Counted from the first letter of the stretch, positions 12,073 through 24,477 are shown. The stretch is 64,000 bases of DNA from Gracilinanus agilis (GCF_016433145.1 NC_058133.1:495115252-495179251); one strand, 5' to 3'. Numbers and translations are program-made. The notes: generated by a model from the letters alone, not told the origin.

Positions 12073-13154
12073 AAATGATGATGATGAAAACTATTATTTA
12101 TATATGCTTTAAGGGTTACACTTTATTTACATTATTTCATTTGCTTCTTATAGCCATCCTGAGAGGTAGATGCAATTATTATTCTCATTTTATAGATGAG
12201 GAAAATGAGGCAAAGAAAAAAAATTATTTGCCCAGGATCACTCAACCTCTCCTTGTTGCCTGTGTGACCTTGGGTGAGTCCCTTCACCTCCCTCAATCTC
12301 ACTTTCCTTAATGAGGAGATTGGACTGGATGACTTTTAAGGTCCCCTTTCGCTTTAAATCTAAAAAGACAGAAGAAGAAAGTCTGATTTCTATCCCCAAG
12401 GAGCCTTTTCATTTGCTTGGCCTGATTTCTTTCCATTTTTTTTTTTTAAGGCAGAATCTGCTCATTTGTAGGGTTTGAAATCTCGCCAGTCGCTATTGTC
12501 CAGTGCTGAGGGTTGCTCGGAGGGAGCTATTTACCCAACCCTTGCAGACAACTCCCAGGCCCCTTCCTGCCACTGTGGCAACCCCCAGAGTGCCGTGAGG
12601 CCAGGGTAGCCAGGAGTCTAATCTAGGGCATCCGAGGCCATACCGGGGCTCAGTGAGGTTGGTATCTTCAGATTCTACCTTTCCCTGACTGGCGGGAAGC
12701 ATTTCAGGGGACTGGAAGAGCCAAACAGAAGTTGGAAAGCAGCGACTTGGCACCCTTTAGTGGAGCCCAGCTCAGGGAGGCATCTTTTCTCACTGCCCTC
12801 CCCAAGATGCTGTCAGCTGGGTGTGACCCAAGGTTTATGACTCCAGCATATTCGATTTCTTAGAGCTCAGAGCATATGTCAAGTGAATTCTGTGTCTCTG
12901 GCAGGTTATTACGCATTGAATTAGTATGATAAAATAAAAACTGTAATAAAACTGTACCGCACTCTTAAATTGTTAAAATTTATTATCAAATGTGCATAGT
13001 TATTAACTGATTTCCCGTGGCTGGTGCTCGCCTGAGTGCCGAGCCGGGGAGGATGAAAAGTAACTCTGTCAAGGCAAGCCGGAGCTAGAGTCTTTGGAAC
13101 TCCCAAGAGATTCCCAAATGGAGCAGCCGCTGCCTTATTTGGATCCCTCGCCTC

Positions 13155-13350
13155 TAAGTGTGGGACTCAGCGTGGTACAGTGGGAAATGACCCGGGCTCT
13201 AGTCAGAGGACCCAAGTTCAAATCCCACCTCGGACACTCATGATCGCAGAACCTGGGGCGAATGACATCAACTCTCTGATCCTTAGCAGGACTGGCGGAT
13301 TCCAAGGTTTCTTTAGGCTTTGAATTGATGATTCTGTGACAAATTTCCAC
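13155..13350 (+). mobile_element. MIR with unusually many CpGs
   Basis: gcgtggtacagtgg...gacccaagttcaaatcccacctcgg head. Confidence 0.72.
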
Positions 13351-13576
13351 CTAGCCCCTTTATAGTCATCATTAATCATCATTCCAATTCACCATGCCAT
13401 TTCCCATCTCCATACATTTGCACAGTTCATTTCTCACATAAGGGGTGTACGTCCCCCCCTTTTTTTGTCTTTCAGAAGCCTTACCTTATCAAGACTAAAC
13501 TTAAAGCTACCTCTTTCTTTCTTTATGAAGTCTTCCTATATTCCCTCCAACAACAAATACATGGTTTCTATTAATC

Positions 13577-13768
13577 TTTTTTAAACCCTCACCTTCTGTC
13601 CTAGAATCAACACTGTGTATTGGTTCCAAGGCAGAAGAGTGGTAAGGGCTAAGCAATGGGGGTCAAGTGACTTGTCCAAGGTCATACAGCAGGGAAGTGT
13701 CTGAGGCCAGATTTGACCTCCTGTCTCTAGGCCAGGCTTTCAATCCACCTAACCCCCCAGCTGCCCCC
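13577..13768 (-). mobile_element. SINE1_Mdo-like SINE
   Basis: Full antisense copy; TSD tctatta(a)tcttt. Confidence 0.92.
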
Positions 13769-15198
13769 TCTATTATCTTTGAACATTTTATAGTTGCACA
13801 ATAGAATGTAGACTCCTTGAAGGCAGGGATTATTTTGTTTCTGTTTTCATACTGCTTGAACTTTGCCTGGTATTTGGTACTTAGCTTGTCAAATTAATGA
13901 GTGGCGTGAAGAAAAAATGCTGGATTTGGAATCAGAGGACTTGAATGCCTTTTATCACCTGTGTGGCCATGGGAAAACCACTTAACCTTCTTGAGCCTCA
14001 GTTTCCTCCTTGGTAAAATGAACGTGTTGGACCACATAGCCTCTGAAGTTCCTTTCAGTGCTAGATCTAGGAGCCTATGATTGCCCCATGACCCTGATTG
14101 CCCCATGACCCATTGGATTACAGGACCCCACAAAGAACTATTTCCTATAGGAGGGTGAATAATCTCTCCACGTCCCACAGGGTCGAAGAGAGTCTTGTGG
14201 TCTCTCTGAGATAGGAGAGAGATGTGGCATCAGTCAATGGGGCTCAAATGGAGCTGAGGCACCCTGGTCTAATGCTCATACAAACCACCATGCCCTCCTT
14301 CCCTGGCCATGGAGGCAACCCAGGAAGGACTGAGAGCAGGTTTTCTGGCAGCATTTCTCTCCCCCTCGCTGCCGCTTTCCCTCTTTGTACATTGTACATT
14401 GTCCTCTGGTGACATCTCTGGTGTTATTGACCATTTATCTTCCCTGCAGCATTACTGACTGACTATATTATTGATTATTCTGGGATTCAAATCAAAGTCT
14501 TGGCCTTTCAACATCTACCTTGCTTTATCTGTGACTGTTCCTAATTTGCAGGTTTTTGGTTCCTTGATCAAAGGTACCTTTGATGTTTATTCTAGCCTTG
14601 CCAAGATATATTGGGGGAAGGAGAAGAAGAGCCCACAGAGGTGATAACCTCCTAGGAATGATCCCACTTGGTCACCCATTTCAATGTTTAACCATATTTT
14701 CTTGGACAGCACAAGGCTAGGAATGGTAGGTAACACCTTGGGTGATAGTCAATATCCAAACAGATCTCAAAAGGCTAGATCCCAAAGTTGCTAATAATAA
14801 ATAGTCAGTCATTAAACATTTAACGAGCATCTACCATATCGAAGATACAAAAAAAAAAAAAAAGACAGTTCTTGCCTTCAAGGAGCTTCCAATATAATTG
14901 GGAAAGACAACACACCAAAGGAAGCTGGAAAGGGAAATAGGGGAGACAGTCTAGAGCTCTATCATTCCATTGAGAGTTTGGTTGTAGGTTGGAAAGAGTG
15001 GTAGGCTTGATTTCAAATCATGCCTCTGATACTTCCTTGATATGATACCATAGGAAAGTCACTAGGTCTTGTGGGCTTTTGGTTTCCTCTTTTGTAAAAT
15101 GGAGGTGACATGTGGCCTTGGTCAAGTCACTTAACCTTGATGGTCTTCTGTCTTAGAATTGAAATGAAGATGGAAGGTAGGATTAAAAAAAAAATAGA

Positions 15199-15385
15199 GA
15201 GGCAGCTGGGTAGCTCAGTGGAGTGAGAGTCAGGCCTAGAGACAGAAGGTCCTAGGTTCAAACCCGGCCTCAGCCACTTCCCAGCTGTGTGACCCTGGGC
15301 AAGTCACTTGACCCCCATTGCCCACCCTTACCAATCTTCCACCTATGAGACAATACACAAAAGTACAAGGGTTTAAAAAAAAATA
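15199..15385 (+). mobile_element. Young SINE1-type SINE
   Basis: ggcagctgggtagctcagtggagtgagag head; flanked by aaaaaatag-like TSD. Confidence 0.92.
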
Positions 15386-15939
15386 GAATTGAGGCAACAG
15401 TCCCTGGAGTTGCTTATCTGTAAGAGCTGCTATGAGACTCAAGTGAGATAATGGGTATGAAGTTCTTTATCTGCTTAATATTATCTGTAATTACTATTGA
15501 AGATTGGTGCCTACATTTTAATTAAATTGATCCCATTCACCATTCTGAATCATCTTCCTTTCCATCCCATCCACTGCCCTGGCTGGAACAATGAAGTGTT
15601 GAAGGACAAGATGTAGACAAGACTAGGCAATGGGTTTCAATGGTTCAGCTTCTTCCATGCTTGCATCCCAATTTCTTTCAGACCCTAGGCATGGAGAACC
15701 ATGCTGAGGTGGCATCACAATATTATAGACATAAAAACCAACTAGATTATAATGTCTTGTAAAAAATGCCTTATAGCCTAGTTCCAGTTATGATATTCTG
15801 CTCAGCAGAACTTCATTGTCTCCCCATTGACTGCTAAATGCAGGTTAAGAGCCTCCACCCTTCACTTGTTTTCAAAACTCACTATAAAATGATGGCAGCT
15901 TTCCTTTTTAGTATGGTCTCTTACAACTCACAGAACCTG

Positions 15940-16590
15940 AGAATCTTAAAGTTAGATGGGATCACAGATGTCTTCAGGTCCAATTCACACTTAAATAGGA
16001 ATCCCCCAAGAACCACCCAACAATTGGTCATCCAGTCTTCTCTTGAAGACATTTAGTCATAGGAAACTGACTATCTCCTTGACTGTCCATTTCATCTTTT
16101 GGATGATTCTCATCATTGAGAAGCATTCTTAGAGTCAAGATGATAAATACCTCTCTATGACTTTTACTCGTTACCCCTAATTCTGTTCTTCTTGGTCAAG
16201 CAGAGCAAGACTAATCCTCTGACACCTCAAGGCCCTTCACACACTTGAAGACAACTACCATGTATCTCTTCCAGCTTCTCTTTTCCAGAATAAACATTCC
16301 CACTTCCTTTAGTCAATACATCCATGACATGAACATAGCATTCTTTACCATCCTGGACACTGTCCTCTGGATGCTCTCCAATTTATCAATGTCTTGCCTC
16401 AAATGTGGTACCTAGAACTGAACATAATACTCATGATCGGTGCATGGTAGGGTAGGACTACTTCATTCCTGAGCCTCGACACTATGCTTTTCTTAATGAT
16501 GCCCAAGATTGTATCCATCTTTCTGGTTGCCACATCATACTCATGACTTACCTTGAGGTTATCGTTCACTAAAACCCTCAGATTTTTCAC
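15940..16590 (-). mobile_element. L3/CR1 3' fragment
   Basis: The minus-strand ORF LRVLVNDNLKVSHEYDVATRKMDTILGIIKKSIVSR matches the CR1 ORF2 C-terminal motif (LGVLVD.KL.MSQQC..A.KKAN.ILGCI.R). Confidence 0.85.
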
Positions 16591-16609
16591 TTAACCCCAT
16601 TGCCTAGTC

Positions 16610-16801
16610 CAGTGATTCCCAAAGTGGGCGCCACTGCCCCCTGGTGGGTGCTGCAGCGATTCAGGGGAGTGGTGATGGCCACAGGCGCATTTATTTTTCC
16701 TATTAATTGCTATTAAAATTTAAAAAAATTAATTTCCAGGGGGCTAAGTAATATTTTTTCTGGAAAAGGGGCAGTAGGCCAAAAAAGTTTGGGAACCACT
16801 G
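16610..16801. mobile_element. Non-autonomous hAT/Charlie MITE, 192 bp (OposCharlie/OC1-like by inference), inserted in a SINE 3' half (~16588-16885)
   Basis: TIRs CAGTGATTCCCAAA / TTTGGGAACCACTG; perfect 8-bp TSD GCCTAGTC (16602-16609, 16802-16809). Confidence 0.93.
16632..16647 (-). promoter_or_regulatory. Consensus CTCF core motif inside the MITE
   Basis: Reverse complement CCACCAGGGGGCAGTG matches the CTCF core; binding is not shown. Confidence 0.6.
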
Positions 16802-17689
16802 GCCTAGTCCTTATCTTTCTTCTGCCTTGGATCCGATATACAGTATTGATTCTAAGACAGAAAGGAAGAGTTAAAAATAAAAAAAGGTAGTGAACCTGAT
16901 GCAGTGTTCTAAATGTGTCCAACAAGGCTCCAGAGGTATAGAGAGAGGTATCTTGAAGAGGTTCAGGCTTTCATTTATTCTCCTACTGGCTCCCAAGAGG
17001 CACTGGGAAAAAGCACCATCAATTCAACAAGAGTCTGCCCATGTCTTTATAATCCAGGAGGCTGAACGAGGCTGTGGATCAATGTCAAGCTGAGTTCCTG
17101 AGCCAGAGTCATCCAAAAGACAGATTATTGTTTCTAGACTACAGGAAAAAATGTGACTAGATGATTAGGCGATTGTTCCTGCCTTCTAAAATTAAAAAAA
17201 AGAGAGGATATTGGGGCAAAGGAACTCAAGGGTTGAAGGCCATGTATCCATACCAAATGAGGGATAGGGTAGAGCAGTGAAGAAAATAATGCTAGATTTA
17301 TAGATAGAGGCCTGAGTTTGAATCTTGCTTCTGTCCCTTGCTAGCTGTGTGACCTTCCAGATCATCTTATCTTTCTGAGCCTCAGCTTCCTCATATGTAA
17401 AATGATGGAGTAGGACTAGTTGAGCTCTGAGGTCCTTTTGAACTCTAAATCTCTGGTCTGGAATCAATTCTTTCTGTCTATTAGGAAGCTTTCCTTCTTT
17501 GGAGATACACAGATTTGAGGTCCTGGGCTAATTAATCTGCTAGTTCTTTAGCTCGAGAACTGGGCATTCTTTCTATATTCCAGAAGGAAAATAAAAATAG
17601 GAGATGGCATTTATGTTGTGTTTTAACAATTGTGAAGTACTTAACATGCATTTTTTAATTTTTTTCTTATTATCAACCTTATATAGGCC

Positions 17690-17935
17690 ACTAGGTAGTG
17701 TAGTGGATAGTTTAGTGCCAAGCCTGGAGTCAGAAAGACTATCTTTCTGAGTTCAAATCTGGCCTTAGACACTTAGTAGCTGTGTGGCTCTGGGCAAGTC
17801 ACTTAATCCTGTTTGCCTCAGTTTTCTCATCTGTAAAATGAGTTTGAGAAGGAAATAGCAAACTCTTCCTGTATCTTTGCCAAGAAAACCCTGACGGGTC
17901 ACAATGAGTCAGACATCCACAACAACAACAACAAC
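17690..17935 (+). mobile_element. MAR1 SINE
   Basis: Head, CORE and ctttgccaagaaaaccc...gagtcagac...aacaacaac tail. Confidence 0.9.
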
Positions 17936-18689
17936 CCTGTGAGACCTGAATGCTCATATTTGACAAATAAAAAAATTAACGTAGCCTCAGAGAAGTTGGG
18001 TGACTTGCCCAGGGTCACACAGGGTGGGATTTGGCTACACTAGGTGACTTCAAATCCAGCCCTGTAGACACTAGGTCACACTGCCCCTCCACGGAAGGAA
18101 GACTGGACCTATGGGTGGCCATTTGTGGGACGGGCACTGTTGTTGGAAGACTTTGGGGCGTGTTCTTAGGCTGGTGCTGGACAGGATGCTTCTTGGTGAT
18201 GGCGTCTGACGGTAATCCTCATTAATGAAGCCTCTGTGACTAATGAGCACCAAGTGTTCATGAAGAGCTCTTGGTTTTCAGAGTCCCACGCCAAGGTTGC
18301 CACCAAAAAGAGAATAAGCATTTGGAAAATAATTACACATCTGGACGAATCTGTTTCAGTCTACTGACTGGAATATAATCAAATTAAAATATAATGAATA
18401 CATTCAAACACACAATGCCTGATTAAGTAGTCACTTAGGAATGGCAATCTCTTGAAAAAGGCAGCATGCTGCTCGTCAGAACTGTAGTCGGTGAAAGTCT
18501 GGGTTCCAGGAACCCTCGGGCCTAGAAAATCACAACACGATTGTAATTTATCTTCTTGTCACTTTTCATTTCTGTCCTAATTTGCTCCCCTTGCCCGTCC
18601 CCCCATCCCTGCCCCCAGTTTCAGACTGTTTTGGATAACGTGATCCTACTGTGTAGCTTGAAAATCAAGCTTTTACTTTCCAGAGTCGA

Positions 18690-20340
18690 ATCAATCTAAG
18701 AAACATTTACTAAGCACCTACTATGTGCCAGACACTCGACTAGGAAATGGGGGGAAACAATGACAGTTTCTATTCTCAAAGAGTTTATTTTCTACTTAGG
18801 GATACAGATGAGTAAATACATGGGAATTTGGGGAAGAGGAGAGCTCCAACTAATGAGCTAGGGATAGGGAATCAATCAATCAATCAATACATTAACAATC
18901 ATTTTCTGATCCCCTACTATGTGCCAGCCATTATGCTAAGCAGAGGGGACCAAAATACAAAATGAAACTGTCCTTGCCCTTGTTCTGTCAGGGGAGACAA
19001 GGCGTATGTATTTGTTGGGCGATTGTTTTTCAGTCAAGTCCATCTCTTGGTGACTCCATTTGGAGGGTTCTTGGCAAAGATGCTGCCATTTCCTTCTCCG
19101 GCTCATTTGACATGTGAGGAACGTGAAGCAAACAAGGTTGAGTGACTTTCTCTGGGACACACAGCGAATGTCTGAGGCTGGATTTGAATTCACGAAGATG
19201 AGTCTTCCTGACTCCAGTCCAGCGCTCTAGCTACTGTGCCACCTGGCTGCCCCACGTAAAAGTATATAGAAAAGAAATACAGGGTAATTTTGGAGAGAGG
19301 AAGGGCACTGGCAGAAGGGAAGACTAGGAAAGGTTTCCTGTAGAAGGTGAGCTGAGTTTTAAAGGAAAATAGAGATGCTAAGAGGAAGAAATAAGAAGGG
19401 GATACTTTTCAGAAATGAGGGTTGGCTAGGGCAAAGTCTCAGAGATGGGAAATGGGGAATTGGGAGTGAGGAATAGCAAGAAGGGCAAGTTGTCTAGGCT
19501 ATAGAAGGCAGAAAGGAGAGAATGTACAATAAGATTGGGAAAGATAGATGGAGGCGGGATTGTAAAGCATTTTAAAATGCCAAATAATAGTCTGTATTTG
19601 ATCTTAGAGGGAAAAGGGAGCCACTGGAGTTTATTGAGCAGTGGAGCAACTCGGTCAAATTTGGGTTTGCCATTTTGGTAGCTGAGTGGAGAATGGATCG
19701 GAGAGAGCAAGGCTTTATGTAATGGTCGAACATTGGAAGAAGTCAAGGGAAGTGGAGATGAGGAGGAAATATATCCTGGGCATAAGGGATGGCCAGGACA
19801 AAGATGTAAAGATGGAGTGTTGAGTTCAGAGGGCAATTTGGCTAAAATATAGTATTTGTGAAGAGGTTTAGTATGAAATACATACAGGTAGATAGATAGA
19901 AGCCTGGTTATAGGAATTTGTATTTTTTCCCAGAGGCAACAGAAAGCCACTGAAAATCTGGAGGAGAATTATGGTAAGACGTGTGCCTTGGGAAGGCATG
20001 GAGGATGGATTGGAGAGTGGAGAAGCTTGAAGTTAGGAGGCTATTGAAATAGCTGCTGGCCATGTAAGAGCTATCACACTTTTAAGCACCACATGGATGT
20101 TATTATTATTATCATCTGAATAAAGAAAAAGGAAAAGTTGAGAGATGTAAAGGAAGCACCAATGAGACTTAGTAATTGATGAGATATGGTGGTGTGATGG
20201 GTCAAAGATGACTACAATTTCTAAGCTAAGAGACTGAATCTGGCATCCTCAACAGAAATAAGGAAGTTTAGAGGAGGGGCAGGTGCAGATGGAGGGGAAA
20301 TTTTGGACAGGTGGAATTTGAGACGTCTGTGGGACATTTG
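18690..20340 (-). mobile_element. L2 fragments (two 3' tails plus ~1.1 kb body) interrupted by a MAR1 (~19015-19252)
   Basis: catttactaagcacctactatgtgccag tails; the 174-aa minus ORF contains LLNKLQWLPFPSKIKYRLL, an L2 ORF2 C-terminal motif. Confidence 0.85.
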
Positions 20341-20731
20341 GCTCCCCCTCTTGGCTTCCAATGTGTAATAATGGTCAGTCAATCAATAAACATCTTTAAG
20401 CATCTATTATGTGCCAGGCACTAACTATACTAGCCACTGGAGATACAATGAAAGGCAAAAGACAGTCTCTGCTCTCAAAGAGATTAAACTCTAAAATCTC
20501 TGCTCCCACTAATCCAATTCACACATGACTATGACATAATTCACGGCTCTCCTCAAAAACCTACACCGTCCACTGCCTATGAGATCAAACTTGCTAGTTT
20601 AGTGTTTGATTCTTTCCTCCCCACTCCTGCCCCAACTTGACCCTAACATACATTTCTAGCCTTATCTCCTATTATATGAATCTCTATACTAACCCAACTA
20701 ATCTTACTTGCTGTTCCCAAGCATGTCTTAC

Positions 20732-20873
20732 TTTTTTTTTTTAAACCTTTACCTTCTTAGAATCAATACTGTTAGTTCCAAGGCAGAAGAGTGGTAAGGA
20801 CTAGGTAACTGGAGTTAAGTGACTTGACTAAGGTCACACCAGGGAGTCAAATTTGAACTCAGGTCTTCCTGAA
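20732..20873 (-). mobile_element. 5'-truncated SINE1-type SINE
   Basis: Tail plus CORE only; TSD catgt(c/a)ttacttttt. Confidence 0.85.
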
Positions 20874-22009
20874 CATGTATTACTTTTTCATGATTTTTAC
20901 CCACCATCCTCCCCACCTGCCATACTTCTCCCAGCACCAAAATCCAACCTTTCTCTATGGAAGCCTCAGAAGAGATCCCATGTGCTCCATGGAACCTTTT
21001 TCAGATTGCTGTGGCTGGGGAGAACTTGTGGCATCATAGACCTAGAGCTATTGAAAGTTGTTAGTGTTGGGTTTTCCAGTGATTAATGGTAGCCCATGGC
21101 CCTTGGCTTCTTTCCTGAACAAACTTTGGCTCACTGGTGTCAATACTGATTTTGCCCAGACAGCCAATATTCACTGGATCGTGGGCATCCTTTTATCTTT
21201 TTTTTAAAAATTATCTCGTATTTACTTAATCTAGTGTTTATGTTGTAAACCACTTCCCTTCCCTTCCCACCCACAACAGCAAGCTCTTTAAGGACAGGAC
21301 CCAGCACAGGAGTAGGGATATAATTGGCACTTTATAAATGTGTGCTGGAATTCAGCAGCCCTTGGCCGTGGGGATGACCAAAAGAAAGGACACTGGACTG
21401 GACATAGGCTTTGTTTTCTAGAACCTGGGACACAGCATCTTCGCTTCTGCTGGGGATCCTCAAAGACCTGCTAGCCCAGACTCTTGCCGTTGGGGAGATG
21501 AAACCCTAAATGATTTTAAGAAAATCACTATTTCCTCATCTCTTAACAGTCTGCAGAATTAAGTGAGATCGATGCTGGTGTTAGGACTGCTGGAGATTGG
21601 GGAAAGACCCGTAGACCTAGGGCTGTTTTTCCTATTAGTCTGCTCCTTTGTTTCTCATCTTTCTAAAACTTCTTCTAGGGGTTCATTTCCTCTTGGTGGG
21701 TCCCTCAAGTCAGGTCCCTCAAAAAGAGTTTAAAATTTATTTTCAGCATTTTACTTTCCTTGTGCTGGTGTGAATCTCCCCACTTTTCAGTTCCTTTGGT
21801 TTTTGACTTAGGATCATGGTAGATTTCGAGCTGGATTAGACTGTAGTCCAAACACATCATTTTATTATGTTAACTTGTTGTTTTTTTTTTTTTCAGATCA
21901 GTGAACAAGCATTTAGTATCTGCTATGTGCCAGGCACAGAGGAAAGTTAAATAGGAGGCCCTGCCCTCAAGAGGCTTACATAGAAGGTGAAACAATATAT
22001 AATCATAAA

Positions 22010-22208
22010 GAGGCAGCTAGCTTGTGCAGTGGATAGAAAGCAGGCTAAAGCTGGGAGGAACTGGCTTGAAATCTGGCCTCGGACTTTTCCTAGCTGTGTG
22101 ACCCTGAGCAAGTCACTTACTCCCCATTGTCCAGTCCTTACTACTCTTCTGCCTTGGAACCAATATTTAGTATTGATTCTAAGCATGATTATAAGGATTA
22201 AAAAAAAG
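22010..22208 (+). mobile_element. SINE1_Mdo-like SINE
   Basis: Full head, CORE and tail. Confidence 0.9.
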
Positions 22209-22276
22209 TAATTGGTAAGGAAAAGGATCCTAGGACTATAGATTTGGACCAGAAGGGAATTCATAGGTCCTCTTTT

Positions 22277-22468
22277 TTTTTTTTTTTTTTTTTTAACCCT
22301 TAACTTCTGGGTATTGGCTCCTAGGTGGAAGAGTGGTAAGGGTGGGCCATGGGGGTCAAGTGACTTGCCCAGGGTCACACAGCTGGGAAGTGGCCGAGGC
22401 CGGGTTTGAACCTAGGACCTCCCGTCTCTAGGCCTGACTCTCCATCCACTGAGCTACCCAGCTGCCCC
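22277..22468 (-). mobile_element. Young SINE1-type SINE
   Basis: Long T tail; perfect 15-bp TSD cataggtcctctttt (22262-22276, 22469-22483). Confidence 0.95.
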
Positions 22469-22739
22469 CATAGGTCCTCTTTTGTAGGACTTTGCTTTTA
22501 TTTTTGAGGGGAGCACTAGAGAAAGGTCAACAAGATTTCTTTAATTATGTACCAGGTACTCTGCTAAGTTCTGAGGATAGAAAGGAAAGCAAAAACAATC
22601 CCTGGCCTCAAGGAGTATCCATTCTAATAGGGAAGACATCAAGTAAATAACTAGGTACAAAGAAGATCTATACAATATAGCAAAGGTAATCTGAGAGAGG
22701 AAGGTACTATCAGTGGATGGGGACCAAGATAGGCCTCTT

Positions 22740-22936
22740 GGGGCAGCTGGGTGGCTCAGTGGATTGAGAGTCAGGCCCAGAGACAGGAGGTCCTGGGTTC
22801 AAATCTGGTCTCAGACACTTCTTAGCTGTGTGACCCTGGGCAAGTCACTTAACCTCCATGGCCTAGTTCTTCCTGCCCTTCTGCCTCAGAACTAATACAC
22901 AGTATTGATTCTAAGACAGTAGGTAAGGGTTAAAAA
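22740..22936 (+). mobile_element. SINE1_Mdo-like SINE
   Basis: Full copy. Confidence 0.92.
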
Positions 22937-23149
22937 GAAGGAGTGGATTTTGAAGGGAATCTTTATTTTCTTTGAAATAATTGGTGTTTAATTTACTAAA
23001 TTTATTAAAAGAATATAAAATAGGTAATATAAGGCTCTAATGAAGGGTCACAATGGACTATATTATCTTCTTTTGGAGTTATCAATTATTTTAATTATTT
23101 TATATAACATAATATAACATGTCATTTATTATAAACATAATAAATCATA

Positions 23150-23530
23150 ATAAGTATGCTTATTCAATAGCTCACACATTAGATATGTTTAAAAATCTAT
23201 GTCTCATTCTTTTTTCTCCCTTCCCTCCTCCCCAAGAAGGCAGGTAATAGGACAAAGATTATACATATATTGTCATATAATACACATTTTCTTGTTCATG
23301 TTGTGAAACGAGACACATATTGCTTATACCAGAGAAAAATTCACGGGGGAGATAAATTGAAGAATGGCGGGCTCCAATCAGCATTCAGCCTTATGGCACG
23401 GAATGCCCTTTTCTCCAGGAGTCCCTTCGAGTTGACCTGGTCCTTGCTTTGTTGATAATGGTCAAGTCCTCCGGAGCTGATCGTTTTCTCGGTTCTGCTC
23501 CCTTCGCGTCGCCTGGCGTCACGGACATCT
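23150..23530 (-). mobile_element. L1 3'UTR fragment, GC-shifted in its right half
   Basis: Colinear with the L1 3' ends at 6565-6915 and ~47100-47270. Confidence 0.65.
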
Positions 23531-24020
23531 TTGCGGCTCTTCGGGGATCGTCTCGTTTCTGTCCTTTCTTCTGGCGTGATGGCGTTCCGTTACAATCCTC
23601 TGCCACGACTTGTTCAGTTGTTCGTTGATCATCTCTTGGCTTCCCGCTTCTTTTGAAGAGAATCTCAAAGGAAGACGAGGAAACGAAGAGGGAGAGATGA
23701 GGGAGAAGAACGCTGCCGGCATGGCAGACCGGCACGGAGGTGGGAGATGGGGCTGGAGGAGCTCTGGCCAGGCTAGTCTAGCTGGATCACGGAGTGCCCA
23801 GAGGAGGAGAACACGCAAGAAGCCTGGGAGCCTCCAGGGTCGAGGACGGCTTCGTGTAGAAGGACTCTCAAAGCAAATGAGGGGTTCTGAGAGGCTGACA
23901 TAAAAAGGAAATCCATTTTCGGTGGAGGATCGCCAGCACATTTCTTGGAGATTGTCTATGATGCGTGAACAGCGGTCAGGGGCCAGAATGTCTGACGATG
24001 GAGTCCCCTGAGGGGAGCGA
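23343..24020. promoter_or_regulatory. Orphan intronic CpG island
   Basis: About 39 CpGs counted in ~680 bp against a strongly CpG-depleted background. Confidence 0.7.
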
Positions 24021-24250
24021 AGTAGGATGAGGCTGGAGAGGCAGGTGGGGGTCAGGCTCTGAAGGCTTTAAAGGCTGAACAGAGGACTGAATGTTTGCTC
24101 CTTGAGGTCACTGGAATTTATCACGTAGGAGAGAGGCAGGGCAGGATTCACACTTAAAGAAATTCACTTTTGAAGCTATGAGGAAGACTGACTGAAGAGG
24201 GGAGAGGCTTGAGGCAATGAGATCGATGAGGAAGCTGTTGCAATAATGTC
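23640..24250 (-). mobile_element. L2 fragments, CpG-rich
   Basis: gatgaggctggagaggcaggtgggggtcaggctctgaaggc is a typical antisense L2 motif. Confidence 0.7.
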
Positions 24251-24289
24251 TTTAAAAAACAACATCCCCCCCTCCACCTGCCCCCCAAC

Positions 24290-24477
24290 ACTCACCTTCT
24301 TTCTTAGAGTCAATACGGTGCATTGGTTCTAAGGCAGAAGAGTGGTAAAGGCTAGGCAATGGAGGTTAAGTGACTTGCCCAGGGTCCCACAGCTGGGAAA
24401 TGTCTGAGGTCAGATTTGAACCCAGCATTTCTCATCTCAAATCCTGGCTCTCTATCCACTGAGTTTTCTTGCTGCTC
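24290..24477 (-). mobile_element. SINE1_Mdo-like SINE
   Basis: Antisense tail, CORE and head. Confidence 0.88.

Noticed and set aside
19426-19950. 174-aa ORF as a host gene
   Set aside because: It is a decayed L2 ORF2 C-terminus.
23391-23941. Overlapping 97-140 aa ORFs as a nested gene
   Set aside because: The underlying DNA is colinear with L1 3'UTR and L2 remnants. The open frames are explained by GC/CpG richness depleting stop codons.
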